Below are positions 1 through 12,600 of a stretch of DNA of 64,000 bases, piece after piece. Position 1 is the first letter of the stretch; each line of letters starts with the position of its first letter. Under the pieces are notes generated by a model. It searched no databases and was not told the DNA's origin. It worked only from the letters and a program-made list of their open reading frames with translations. Origin of the DNA: Haliotis rubra (lineage: Eukaryota); contig NW_025766002.1 of assembly GCF_003918875.1 (NCBI RefSeq), positions 7,254,001 through 7,318,000 on the forward strand. Reading direction: 5' to 3'. Made by a program: the position numbers and the translations under genes.

Positions 1-902
1 CTCTACTTCAATGTTATTAAAAATCATTATTGGTTCGGCTGAAAGACTTATAGTCACTATGACTATCTGGGGAAACCATACACCCATAAATCCGTTTAAC
101 AAAAATATTCCAACGGTGAGACAGCGAAAAACCCTGAGCAAGTAGTCTGTTTGGGTAGATAAACGTTGTAAAGTCGCACCTCCCTCCAAAAAACCTCTGA
201 TATCTTGGTAAAAGCGAGAAGACCTCTTTCCATAACCCAACAAATTTAAGCCAAAACAATATCGTTTTTGACTCACTATCAAATAGAAACGCCACCATCA
301 GCATTTTACTACCGCTTCTGTTAATGTGTACGCACACATGACGGGAGAGTGGTGTATGTATAACAACTTTATAGATACGAACTTCTTGTTAATTGTATAG
401 TTTCTTGTATTTCGTTGTAGATTCTTACACCTTTATAAAGTTATCACATTTAGCTTGATAACAATCTAAGAATCTACAAGAAAACGTCTATCTATGCAAT
501 AACGTTCTCATCCTAGTTATTGACACACACGCTTCTAGAATGTCGATCAAATAATGACAGGAAATAACTTCCCGTGTGTATAAAATTGATTCTCACCTTT
601 CAGCTGTTGTTCCAATTTCCGCAGCACTGACACAATAAAAGTATACTCTAGTCTGTACTTACACAGTTCAATACACCTGAACCTTGACAAACATTTACCA
701 AAACAACAAACACATGGAACCCTTGAACCTTACCGGAAATTGCTGGCCTCAAAATCCAATTCTGTGTGATATTTAATCTGTTTCTTCTCTTGAATACCAT
801 AATTATCCCGCTATTCTAATCAGGATTAGAACCGAATGCGTATCCGTCAGAATTTTTCAGAAACAAGCTAAAACAGCCCCATTAAGAACATGTCAGGTGA
901 AT

Positions 903-1049
903 GAGTGAGTTGGGTTTTACGACGCTTTTAGCAATATTCCAGCAATATCACAGCGGGGGACAACAGAAACGGGCCCATGTGCCCATGTGTGGAATCGTAC
1001 CTGTGTCTTTGGCGTGACGAGCGAACACTTTAACCACTAGGATACCCCA
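903..1049 (-). mobile_element. tRNA-derived SINE, family A
   Basis: Reverse complement shows A-box/B-box-like head (ggggtatcctagtggttaaag...acgattccac) and the tail gctggaatattgctaaaagcgtcgtaaaac..(actc)n shared with more than 10 copies in the window. Confidence 0.8.
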
Positions 1050-1621
1050 GAACACGTCAAGAGCATTGTGTCTTTTCGTGGTGGTTACTGAATTACGGGA
1101 ATACATACATGTGATATTAATGACGAAAATGAAAACGATGTAGTTATGTTATTGTTTCATAAATCCTGAGTTATTGACAACCAGCTATGACAAATCTCAC
1201 CAATCAAAGCCCATATGCATACGCAGGCATCAATTTGCTTTGGGTTATCGGCCGTGTTGATTTATAATTATCGGTTATTACAGTATCTTGTCAGATGATA
1301 CACCGTCTACGGTTTGTATTGCTGAAGAGGCGCCAGCGAGTCGCTTTTTACCAACTCCAAGCAATTTTGCATTCGAAAGAAATTTCACATTTCGATCTTT
1401 AACATTTACTTTGATGTAATGAACATATTGATATGATCCTAGTTGCTTATAATTCCCCCGTGATGGTTTATTTATCTCAACATTCAATAAGCACAAGCGA
1501 TTTAATTATGTCTATTTACATAACTTTCTCGTCTCTGTGAAATGCGTTTCTGTCATGTCCTGTCAATCAAAGTTGTCTTTCTTGTCTTACACAACGCGTC
1601 GGTGTAAGTCGATCGACCGAG

Positions 1622-1771
1622 AGGGGCGGGTGTGGGTGGTCTAATGGTCAAAGCGTCCTCTCGTCACACTGAAGACCGATTCCCTACATGAATGTACAAT
1701 GTGGTGTCCCCTACCGTGATATTGGTGGAACATTGCTGAAAGCGGTGGGAAACCATACTCACTCACTCACT
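1622..1771 (+). mobile_element. tRNA-derived SINE, family A (diverged)
   Basis: ggtctaatggtcaaagcgtcctctcgtcacactgaagacc...gcggtgggaaaccatactcactcactc. Confidence 0.75.
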
Positions 1772-2454
1772 CGAGCGACTGTGTGAGTGAGTTTTGTCTA
1801 ATGCTTCTTTCAACAGTATTAGCAGCTTCACGTGGACGGACAGTAAGAATTAATGAAGGTGTCAGAAGTATGCTTCTTTGGTGAAACTCACGATCACTGA
1901 CATGATGCTGACCAATTTGTATCATGATGATGAATGAAACACCCAATCGGGTCAACTTGCAGGAACTGCTGTTCACCATATTCCTTAACAACTGCGAAGA
2001 TTATTTGATAGAGAAACCATTACGTTCCCCTAAAAAGTCGAGGGCCTACAAGTATTGTGTCTGCTTCTATCCAAAACACGACTTTAAATATTTTTGCTAT
2101 ATTTACCAAATGCCGCAATTTATTCAAGCATTGTATACGCGACGTTAGTTATTTTAGATGTTAGGAGAAAACATTGAATATTGGCATATATTCGCCTAAT
2201 CTGTAGTTCATACAAAAGAATGATGAATGTGTATTTTATTTCGCATCTTATGATGTACCGAAACGCACAAGAAAAGAATACTAAAGTTACGCATTTTTAT
2301 TTTATTACATACTTGAGCAGGGAAGTTATATGAAGGTTTATAGCAGTTGAAACACATACTTATGATTTAGCCGGAGTCGTACAATGAACTCTTCTTGAGC
2401 AGGGATGGCTTTGATTTGTTCAATGGCAGCGTCAGTTGTGGTGGTGGTGGTGGT

Positions 2455-2617
2455 GGGGCCGTGGGGTAGCCTAGTGGTTAAAACGTTCGCTCGTCACACC
2501 GAAGACACGGTTTCGATTCCCCACATAGGTACAATGTGTGAAGCCCATTTCTTGTGTCCCCCGTGATATTGCTGGAATACTGCTAAAAGCGGCTTAAAAC
2601 CATACTCACTCACTCAC
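2455..2617 (+). mobile_element. tRNA-derived SINE, family A (near-consensus copy)
   Basis: A box tagcctagtgg, B box gtttcgattcc, body gtgtgaagcccatttc, tail aaaccatactcactcactcac. Confidence 0.85.
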
Positions 2618-2836
2618 GCTTTACAATTCCTCGAAAGCGAGGGAACATTGACTTTTCTTCACATTCAGACTTGGTATTATTCATAACGCACCCACTCTCT
2701 ACCACAAGGGTACTTACAAACTGTTCTACGATCAAGTACCCTATGAAGTAACATCATCCACCACACCTACCTCACAAGATGGTAATGTAACCGAATCTTA
2801 GAATAATCGTTTCTCAACCAATTCCCACGAACTAAA

Positions 2837-3072
2837 CCGTGAAGATCCGGGTTAGAATTGATCTTCAGTAACCCATGGTTGTCGTAAGAGGCGACTAACT
2901 GGATCGGGTGGTCAGGCTCGCTGACTTGGTTGACACATGTCATCGGTTCCCAATTGCGGAGATCGATGCTCATACTGTTGATCACTGGATTGTCTGGTCC
3001 AGACTCGATTATTTTCAGACCGCCGCCACATAGCTGGAATATTGCTGAGTGCGGCGTAAAACTCACTCACTC
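2837..3072 (+). mobile_element. SINE-like repeat, family B (no tRNA head, structured 5' end)
   Basis: ccgtgaagatccgggttagaattgatcttcagtaaccc...gtcgtaagaggcgactaa...gctggaatattgctgagtgcggcgtaaaactcactcactc; further copies at 24592-24780(-), 38431-38667(-), ~31713, ~42765, ~53078, ~62748. Confidence 0.75.
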
Positions 3073-3894
3073 CAACAAAGTACCCTTAAAATTGTTTTGA
3101 GTTGGTATATGCTTGAGTCAATGTCGTAATATTGGCTAGTTTCCCTTGCAAAACATTACTGATCAACTGATAATGAAAGTTACATCAACAATTAATTAAA
3201 ATACAGGGCCGAAACCATTTCAACAACATTTTAAATTACACACTGCAAAATTATATGAATCATTACAGGGCACCAGCGTAATCAACCATCTGTTTGCAAA
3301 TAATTAAATGTTAAATTATCAACATTGCCTTTTTTCCTGACACGATGACCGAAAATTCATTGGGGTTACCTCAAACAATTCATTTATTTATATTACATGC
3401 GACCTCCTTATTCAAAGCTCATCCGTATCGGAATGTAAATTATCAGCCATTAGGTTGAAGAGGAGTATAGGGTGACATTTAAACGCTCGTGGTAGAAGTG
3501 TATAATGCGGGCTGTCATTTTTACATTGAGGATAATCTGTGTCCTTGGTGTAGACGGGGAACAAGGCTGTGAAACAGAAAGTGTCATAGTAGCTCTGTAT
3601 TCTATACTTGAGGAGAGGAGAAATAGGGTTTAATGTCGAGTGCAAGAGTATTGCACTTTGATAGCAATATGTATGTATACTACTGGGATATAGCAACTGT
3701 GCATTATTTGATGTTATGCAACTTTTAATGCAAAAAGATAATAACAGGATTTATGGTGTGTTTTTTTATTTGTGGTTTTTTTTTTTTAATCACTGTCTAA
3801 ATTTGACAGGATAACATCGAAATCTGTTTGGTTTGACACAAGGCATCGTGGCACGCCCTTGAAGAGATGTAGTGTCAAAAGTCAGTTCACAAAT

Positions 3895-4787
3895 TCAGTT
3901 TTGGATGCAGGCTTGACAACGACGACGCCTAGGCGACACTAAGCGATTGAAGAAAGATTGGGGAATGTCTGAACCAACGCTTGTCCCCATTCAGCTAACG
4001 TCAACTTTGCTCGATTTCATCCCAAGCGTACTCTATAATCTACAGGTCTGGAGAAACAGCTGGCCAAGGGAGTACCGGAATGTTCTGCTCTCTCAGGAAA
4101 TATGTCATGTGTACAGGTATTAGGTTGCTGAAGAGTGATGCTACGTCTCTGTCCTTGAATGAACGGTTGTACATGTCACCCAATGATCTAATCCCTGTCT
4201 CGAAGAACTGTCAAGTTGCCATTGGCAAGTTGTGTCTGACCATCAGATGTGATACTTTCCATATCATAACGCCTATGCCACCAAACTGTCGACGTTAAAC
4301 AACGCACGAGTCAGCATACCGTTCACCTCGCCGTCTGTACACCCTTGCCCTGCCATCTGAGCTGTCCAGATGCAATCTCGACTCGTCAGTGAACAAAACA
4401 CCATCCCAATCTTGTCTCCTGTACCGTAGATGCTGTTTGCACCAGGCAAGACGTGTCTGTCGGTGACGTTGGAAATTTTTTTGACGTATTGCAGGCCGTC
4501 GGGGCCGGATGTTGTGCTGCCTCAGTCGGTTCCGTACATCTTGGAACTGATTGGAACTGGCAGTCTAGAATCGATTGCTTAGATTGGTCAGCCGAATGTG
4601 ATTGCTTTGCTGACGTGATGTCACGCGTGGACGACCGGTCCGAGGCAAAGCTCTCGTTGAAAACGTCTCTATAGTGATGAGATGGTGTTGCGATGGACAC
4701 CAAAATGTCTCGCCACTTCATTTTGGGTCATTCCAGTCTCCAGCATACCCACGGCGCGGAGACGCTGATTGTCTTAAGCCGTAGCAT
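3895..4787 (-). pseudogene. Degraded Tc1/mariner (Tc1-type DDE) transposase
   Basis: Manual minus-strand translation across frameshifts: QRLRAVGMLETGMTQNEVARHFGVHRNTI (HTH), WDGVLFTDESRLHLDSSDGRARVYRRRGERYADSCVV*RRQFGGIGVMIW, LQQPNTCTH (decayed FQQDNARPH), LPWPAVSPDL*IIEYAWDE, IPQSFFNRLVS..RRRCQAC. Several stops; no clear TIRs found. Confidence 0.9.
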
Positions 4788-6059
4788 GACGTACGCGCAG
4801 TTTAGGTTGAAATTAACGTGTTTTCCACAACATTCAGAGGCTAGAGAATAATCAACCGTTCTGTAATTTTCAATATCAGGTGTGTGAACTTCAGGTGTCA
4901 AAAATCATTAAAAAAGTGAGTAATTTCACTGTGCATAAAGTGCACGTGCCACGCCGATAACTGACATCAAATGTCATGCAAAGTGCTTTGATAATATTTC
5001 TTTTAGAGTTATTTTTATAACTTTCCAAATGTCCTCTATTTTATGCAATGTTTCCTCATTCATGTTCCTCCTGAATGGACCACTTCAGTGGGGCTGCAGA
5101 TAGCACGTCTTCTTAGCGAAAGTCTGCAGTTCGATTCCAAGTCCGCCTTATACCAATAAAAGTGGCAAAGTCTTTTCAACATCTATAAGATATCTGTGCT
5201 CAGAGCAGATTGTAGAATTCCGGCTATATCCTGAGCATGCGTACATCAGTATCAAATAGTGATGGTACTCGTCACGTACAAATGCGAAGGTCGTTCTATT
5301 GTTCGACTGAAAAAAACACCAACACAGGAACATATGGTACAAGTCTAAATAGAGAATTGTATCCCATATACTTCTTATCACTGATGCTTCAAACGTGGAA
5401 ATGTTTTCCACATGTCTGTCTATCACAAAGAACTTGAATGTTGTAATCTTGATCAAACAATTTTTGATGATTTTGATCAGACAAAAAGACACTTTTTGAA
5501 ATCTGATAAAATGAGCATTGTTCGACTTGCAAAAAAGTTATGAAATATGAGTATAAATTGCTGGACCTGCACGAATATTGCACGATATAAAATTGACTAT
5601 ATGAAGGTTGAATCCAAACATATAATTCTGGGGTCCATTTACCACGTCTCGTCGTATTCTCAAGCAAATCTTGAAAGCATAACTTTAAGCCAACTTTCAT
5701 GGGGGGCAACATCCATATGCATTGTACATTACATGTCGTACTGAACACGTTGAATAGACTCTTAAGGCTAATTGTCATACGTACAAACAAAGCATTGTGA
5801 TCAAATGGTTCTCAGCACTATGATTTTGGTAGATATACACAGCGTTAACGCCAGAAACGCCGAAACAAATTCCAAAATAAGAGGCCAAATAGGGTTGAAG
5901 ACAATACGAATGGATCACTACGTGTATGCTAAAGAACAGGTGCTGTTCTAGCTGTAGCCACGTATATAAGTATATAGCTGTTTACGCTTCTAGTACTTAA
6001 CGTGTGCTAACTGGATATCTGTGGAGGAAGCTAGGTGTTGGGAGCGTGGAACAATTCAA

Positions 6060-7939
6060 GTCAGGGGGGACTTCTCGACACTCGATTGTGGGCATGCCAC
6101 CGTAATGTAAGAGTGCTTTCTGGACGGCGTAAAGCAGCAAACACAATCGTCGAGCGACAAACACAATAGTCAAGAGACAATCGTCAAGCGACAAACACAA
6201 TCGTCAAGCGACAAACACAATCGTCAAGAGACAATAACAATCGTCAAGCGACAAACACAATCGCCAAGAGACAATCACAATCGTCAAGCGACAAACACAA
6301 TCGTCAAGAGACAATAACAATGGTCAAGCGACAAATACAATCGTCAAGAGACAATCACAATCGTTAAGTGACAAATACAATCGTCAAGAGACAATAACAA
6401 TCGTCAAGCGACAAACACACCGGTCAATCGCCAACACAGTTGTCAATCAACAAGCACAGTCGTCAAGCTGGATGCACAATCATCAAACAACAAACACAAT
6501 CGCCAAGCAACACACACTCTGGCAATCGACAAACACACCGGTCAATCGACAAACACTCCGGTCAATCCACAAACACAGTCGTCAAGCAACAAAACACACT
6601 GGTCAATTGACAAACACTTCAGTCAATCAACAAACACAATCGTCAAGCAACAAAACACGATCTTCAATCGACAAACACCGATGGTTCCTGTAGTCAACAT
6701 TGATTTTGTAAGACGTTTCTTTCATAATATGTTAGCACTATATTATATATTTCCGCCGAATCTGATTCGTAGGATAATCGAGACTGACTTTTCTTTGGCG
6801 TATGTTTTAAGTTACGCAAAATGTCAGGGGTGACTTCTCAACATTTGATTATGGGCATGCCGCCGTAATGTAAGAGTACTTTCTGGACGGCGTAAAATAG
6901 GAAACACAATCGTCAAGCGACAAACAAAATCGTCAAGCGAAAATACAATCGTCAAGAGACAAATACAATCGTCAAGCAACAAACACAATCATCAAGAGAC
7001 AATCACAGTGGTCAAGAGACAAACACAATCGTCAAGAGACAATCACAATCGTCAAGCGACAGACACAATTGTCAAGAGACAATCAATCGTCAAGCGACAA
7101 TCACACGCGTCAAGAGACAATCACAATCGTCAAGAGACAAACACAATCGTCAAGAGACAATCACAATCGTCAAGCGACAGACACAATTGTCAAGAAACAA
7201 TCAATCGTCAAGCGACAATCACACGCGTCAAGAGACAATCAATCGTCAAGCGACAAACACAATCGTCAAGAGACAAACACAATCGTCAAGAGACAATCAC
7301 AATCGTCAAGCGACAGACACAATCGTCAAGAGACAATCAATCGTCAAGCGACAATCACACGCGTCAAGAGACAATCAATCGTCAAGCGACAAACACAATC
7401 GTCAAGAGACAAACATAATCGTCAAGAGACAATAAAAATCGTCAAGCGACAGACACAATCGTCAAGAGACAATCACACGCGTCAAGAGACAATCAATCGT
7501 CAAGCAACAAACACGATCGTCAAGAGACAATCACAATCGTCAAGTGACAAATACAATCGTCAAGAGGCAATCACAATCGTCAAGCAACAAACACACCGGT
7601 CAATCGCCAACACAGTTGTCAATCAACAAGCACAGTCGTCAAGCTGCATACACAATCATCAAACAACAAACACAATCGTCAAGCAACAATCACAATCACC
7701 ACGCAACAAACACTCTGGAAATCGACAAACACACCGGTCAATCGACAAACACTCCGGTCAATCCACAAACACAATCGTCAATCAATAAACACAATCGTCA
7801 AGCAACGAAACACACAAGATTTTGTAAGACGTTTCTTTCATAACATTTTAGCACTATATTATATTTTTCCGCCGAATCTGATTCGTAAGATAATCGAGAC
7901 TGACCTTTCTTTGGCGTTTGTTTTAATTTACGCAAAATG
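6060..7939. repeat. Two tandem modules (6060-6822, 6823-7939), each with conserved flanks and an internal ~20-bp minisatellite (cacaatcgtcaag[a/c]gacaa[a/t])
   Basis: Shared left flank gtcagggg.gacttctc...ctggacggcgtaaa and right flank gattttgtaagacgtttc...ttacgcaaaatg; arrays at ~6137-6680 and ~6901-7815. Confidence 0.95.
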
Positions 7940-8334
7940 CGATGGGCTGTTTTCATCTAACGCTTCAGAAACGTTTAAACTTTTTGTCCGTATCCGTTAT
8001 TTAGAGAACTATTCGTTGAGATAATAATTATTCACAATATATAATAAGGGCTATTTCTACAATAATCAAATAATAAATAAACTACAAAGAAGTAGAAAAG
8101 GAATATTACTTTCTCTTGATCTGTCTATCATTTGAATTATTAACTTTGTTTCACTTAAGTTCTATGCATGTACATCATTAAATAAATGTAAAAAGCCGTT
8201 AACATCGACAAATGAATATACTCTGAACCAATTAGCTATGTTTAATCATCATTCCATGTTAAAATGAAAACTTCGATGCCTTACAGTCCTGTAATAAACT
8301 GATAGTCAATAGCCAGTTTCTTTGACTGCAGTAG

Positions 8335-8488
8335 TAGACGGGGGAATATACGCATCACACCACACTACCCTTGAAAAATTCTAACAAAAGGTTTCTCAGT
8401 GGTTTTCACTTCTACTTGGTATGGTTATCAACAGAAAAAAAGTCTACCAAAATCCCACTGTGCAAAAGGGGTTAAAATCGGTTATTTC
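8335..8488 (+). repeat. Left TIR of Academ element
   Basis: tagacgggggaatat...aaaaattctaacaaaaggtttct...aacagaaaaaaagtctaccaaaatcc...tatttc matches the reverse complement of 14328-14471. Confidence 0.92.
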
Positions 8489-9639
8489 TATAACATGGTA
8501 TCAAGCAGCAGCCAACTACAAGCGATACAGATGAAGAACAAGTTTTTAGGTGAGTAGTATCCACTGCTTGTTTACATTGGAGACAACATATTTCCCAGCA
8601 TATTTACATGAAGTCTTCTTCCAGCCCATAATGTCAATTTAATGGAAATGGTAATTATTGAGATATGAATTTTGATGAGTTAGAATATACATCAGCTTAA
8701 ACTACTCCAAAAAATGGTGTATGATATTAAATGTATAAGTAAATCCATCTCAATGAATGTGCTGTCTGCTATGATGTCAATATGACCATCAGAAGCATAT
8801 CTACATCGAATAATGGGTAATCCATAATAAAACTTATGATAATAGTTGTTAAATACCAAACAAACAAGATTCACAACAATGTTCATTGAGGAAATTGTAA
8901 TATAAAGCTTAATTTCAAAGAAAAGTGCAGCAAATTTACAACACCTCCAGCCCCGCTGCTTGGAGCCAAGCTCCTCTGCAGTGTGTTTCACTTTCTCTGC
9001 ATGGAGTTTGACCTATAAAAAAAAACTGTTTTCTTGATGCCTTATCATACATTCTTAAATACCCAGATGAATTTTTAAATATGATTTTTTTTTTAAGTAG
9101 TACCTACTTTTTTATCATAATTTCCTATAAAGTTACATGTGAACCATTTTAAACAATTAGTTTTATATTGATTGATATAATTTCCACAAACATAAAACAC
9201 TTAAGTGCCCTGATTAAGAAAATGAATCTGAATTTTAATGTTTTTTCAAATAAAATATAATGCAAAAATCCTATTTTGATCATGATATTTTAGATTTATA
9301 GTAATGAATGAACATGAAATATTTAAGTGCTTTGCCTAATAAAATTCAATTGCATGAATATAAGATCTTGCTATTTAATTTGGATTTTTTGAACAAATAA
9401 CTATCTAAAGCATTGACATATGAATAGGTATGAAAATGTTATTATCTCTCTACATATATTTTTTGGTTATAATAAAACTTAAGTTTAATGTTGTCTTATG
9501 ATGTTCCAATATACTAGTATTAGCAAAAAACTTTGAAATCGAGGAAAAATAAAAATGTTTTATAGGAAATAAATATTACCATCTTTTCTCTATATAAATG
9601 CCAGTGTGAATTGTACCACTGTTTCATCATTTGTTTCAG

Positions 9640-12600
9640 ACCACAGTTGGAGAACACTTATTCAAGTGTCAGTTATGTCTGAAAAGACTTGACAATGGCC
9701 GTGACATTGTGAATATTCGTCAGAAGGGAGCCGATGGTATCAACGCTGCTAGTGCTCAGAGAGGTGATGACATTAGTGTGGAAGCAGGATGCAAGGTGCA
9801 CTTGCACTGTCGCAAACAGTATATCAATCAGCATGATATTGAAAATCAGAAGAAGAAACAAGAGACACAAAAACCCCCTTTGAAGCGAAGTTCTCGTGTT
9901 TTGAAGGATACTTTCAATAGTAATTCCGACTGTATATTTTGTGGTAACACAGTTTCCTTGCGTAGTCCAGATTTCAGCTACGTTAAGACTTTCAACTTCG
10001 CAAAATCAATACTAGATTGTTGCAAAAAAAGATGTGATGATTGGTCTCTTGCAGTGAAAGGACGCATTCAGTACTATGGAGGAGATCTGCATGCAGCCGA
10101 TTGCATCTATCATCATCAGTGCAGTGTACACTTCCGTAATGGCAGTGATGTACCAGTGAAATTCCGTGATGTCCCTAGAACTAAAACACCTGGGCGTCCT
10201 AAAGACAGTGATCAAGAGCAGGCTTTTGCTAAAATGTGTTTGTATCTCGAGGACAATGATGAGGAACAGATGACTATTACATACCTTCGGGAAAGAATGA
10301 GGAAGTATCTGATGGGTGAAAATTCTCTCCCCTACACCAACTCCCATTTGAAGAACAAACTGAAGGAACGCTATGGGGACTCTATCTATATAGCTGACAG
10401 AGAAGGACTAAGTGACATTATCACATTCAGGGAGAAAACATCTAATATCCTCCAAGCATATTACAAAAATGCAGAACGTGAAGGTGACGAGGAAACACAA
10501 AAGAAGGCCATAATTGCGACCGCTGCAAGATTGATCAAGAGTGACATTAAAACAGATGTACCAACTTCTACTGATTGCTATCCAAAGTCAGAAGAACTTG
10601 GACTTGATTCTGCACTGTCATTCCTTCCAGATACACTACAGAACTTGCTCAACTGTCTGTTTGTTGGAAAGAACAAATCAAGAAAAGTTGCTATTATTGG
10701 CCAAGCCATAATACAGGCAGTCAGACCAAGGGCTGTTATTGCACCTCTCCAGATTGGCCTCGGGGTACAAGTGCATCACCTTTATCGCTCAAAATTCCTT
10801 GTGGAAACATTGTCTTGCATGGGGTACAGTTCATCATACAGGGAAGTATTACGCTTTGAAAAAAATGCTGCAAGTTGTGTCACACCCGACTTGCTGCTTG
10901 AAGAGCAGGATGTGCCAGACATATCAGTATTGTTTGCCTGTGACAATGTTGATCACAACACCATTACCATCGATGGGAAAGGTACCTTTCATGGAATGGG
11001 CATGATAGCTGCAATGACTCCAGGTGGAAAATCATGTCATCTGGTAACAAGGCAAAGAACATCAGAACTGAACATTGCAAGAATGTCAAAAAATTGATAT
11101 TAAAGAATACAGATTCACCAGCCATGTTCTTCACAAGGTTAAGTTCAAACACCTCCCTTGTTTTCAGGCCTGTGACAGAATGGTTGATATTTTATGGGAA
11201 CTATCCTTCAGTTTCAAGCAGACAGTTCCGAATTGGCAGGGGATGATGCACATCCTTCATCAAAAACAGAAACATCCCGGTGTGTCCTCTATAGTCTATC
11301 TGCCCATGATTGATATGTATCCAGGTGACAAGTCATGCATTCTGTCAACGTTGGAATACCTGACCAGCCTATCCTTCAGACACAATATCTTTCCAGTGGT
11401 AACATTCGACCAGCCCTTGTATTGGAAAGCATCCGAGGTCATTCAAGCTGCACCAGGGGAATAGCCCTTTGAAGAGTATCATACTTAGGCTAGGTACTTT
11501 CCACATGTTCATGAATCTACTTGGAGCAATAGGCACACTGATGGTTGGGTCAGGTCTGAAAAACATTCTGGAAATAGTGTATGGTGAAAATGCCGTGGTT
11601 CATATGATGTCTGGCAAGGCTGTTCAAAGGGCATTTCGTGGGCACCTTCTAGTAGACAAATGTCTCCACCAAATGATCTTGAAATCGGCAGTGGAAGATA
11701 ACCCAGATCTTGCAAACCATGTGCTTGAAATTGAGAAAGTTTATTCCTCCTTGTTAAAGGGAGACAAACAAATTGAAGAACTCAGACAATCAGTGTCCTT
11801 CATTCAAGTGATCAATGAACTTGACAAAAAGAAGTCCAGACTTAGTGCAGACTCCAAAACAAGCCAGTTGTGGATAGGATATCAGAAGATGCTTGTCACG
11901 GCTCGAGAACTGATCAAAGCTGATCGCACTGGATCCTGGGATGATCATCTCTGTGCTATAGCTAATGCATTGCCAATATTTGCTGCAGCTGGACATTACA
12001 ACTACCTAAAGTCGGCTTACCTCTATAGTCAAGATATGGCTGAGCTGGACACCAGAAACCCAGAAGTTTTTTAAGAAGTTTCAAGATGGTTTCCATGTGA
12101 TCCGAAGAACAAACCAGTTTTGGGCAGGCCTCAGTAGTGATCTAGTCATCGAACAAACACTAATGAGATCAATAAAAAAGCACAGGAGGCTTGACCCATG
12201 GCAGTAAGATGACAGAAGAACAGCGAACACTATGGACAATGTCAGCACCCATTACCTCTGAGTTGAACATTGCCATGCAAGACTTCAATGAACTCACATA
12301 CTCCACAAGTGAGCAACATAAAGAAGCCAGTGTCGCCAGGATTGAGAGAGACGCTTCTGATCTGTTGAAGATACATTCCAAACTCTCTTCTTGCTCTCCT
12401 TTCACCTCAGACCCAGCGTTGAGAAATATCATCAATGGTATCGTTGCAAACGAGGATGCAAATGTTCATGAATATGACTCAATAGGGAAAAATATTATTG
12501 ACAAAATGGTTGGACAGCCTGTATATTCTTTCTCCATCAAAAGGAAAGAGAAAGCCAAGACCTTGGGAAATTCTGCTGCTGTCCAGGTTGCTCCTGACAG

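Noticed and set aside
17-337. 106-aa minus ORF and a possible donor (gaaag|gtgag near 596)
   Set aside because: No recognisable domain; could belong to a gene outside the window but cannot be supported
2455-2530. tRNA-like sequences as functional tRNA genes (also at 20079 and ~51090)
   Set aside because: They are SINE heads continuing into SINE bodies, some with TSDs; no intact cloverleaf evident
5148-5800. Cluster of short ORFs that might be a decayed transposon gene
   Set aside because: No motif I can identify
6137-7815. Regular short repeats resembling a CRISPR array
   Set aside because: No unique spacers, no cas genes, eukaryotic context
6472-7843. Long overlapping S/Q/R/T-rich ORFs up to 239 aa
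   Set aside because: Open in all three plus frames because the A/C-rich minisatellite lacks stop codons; no credible start or splice context
11088-12179. Programmed ribosomal frameshifting in the Academ ORF
   Set aside because: Five shifts in mixed directions at simple homopolymers fit sequencing error or mutation far better
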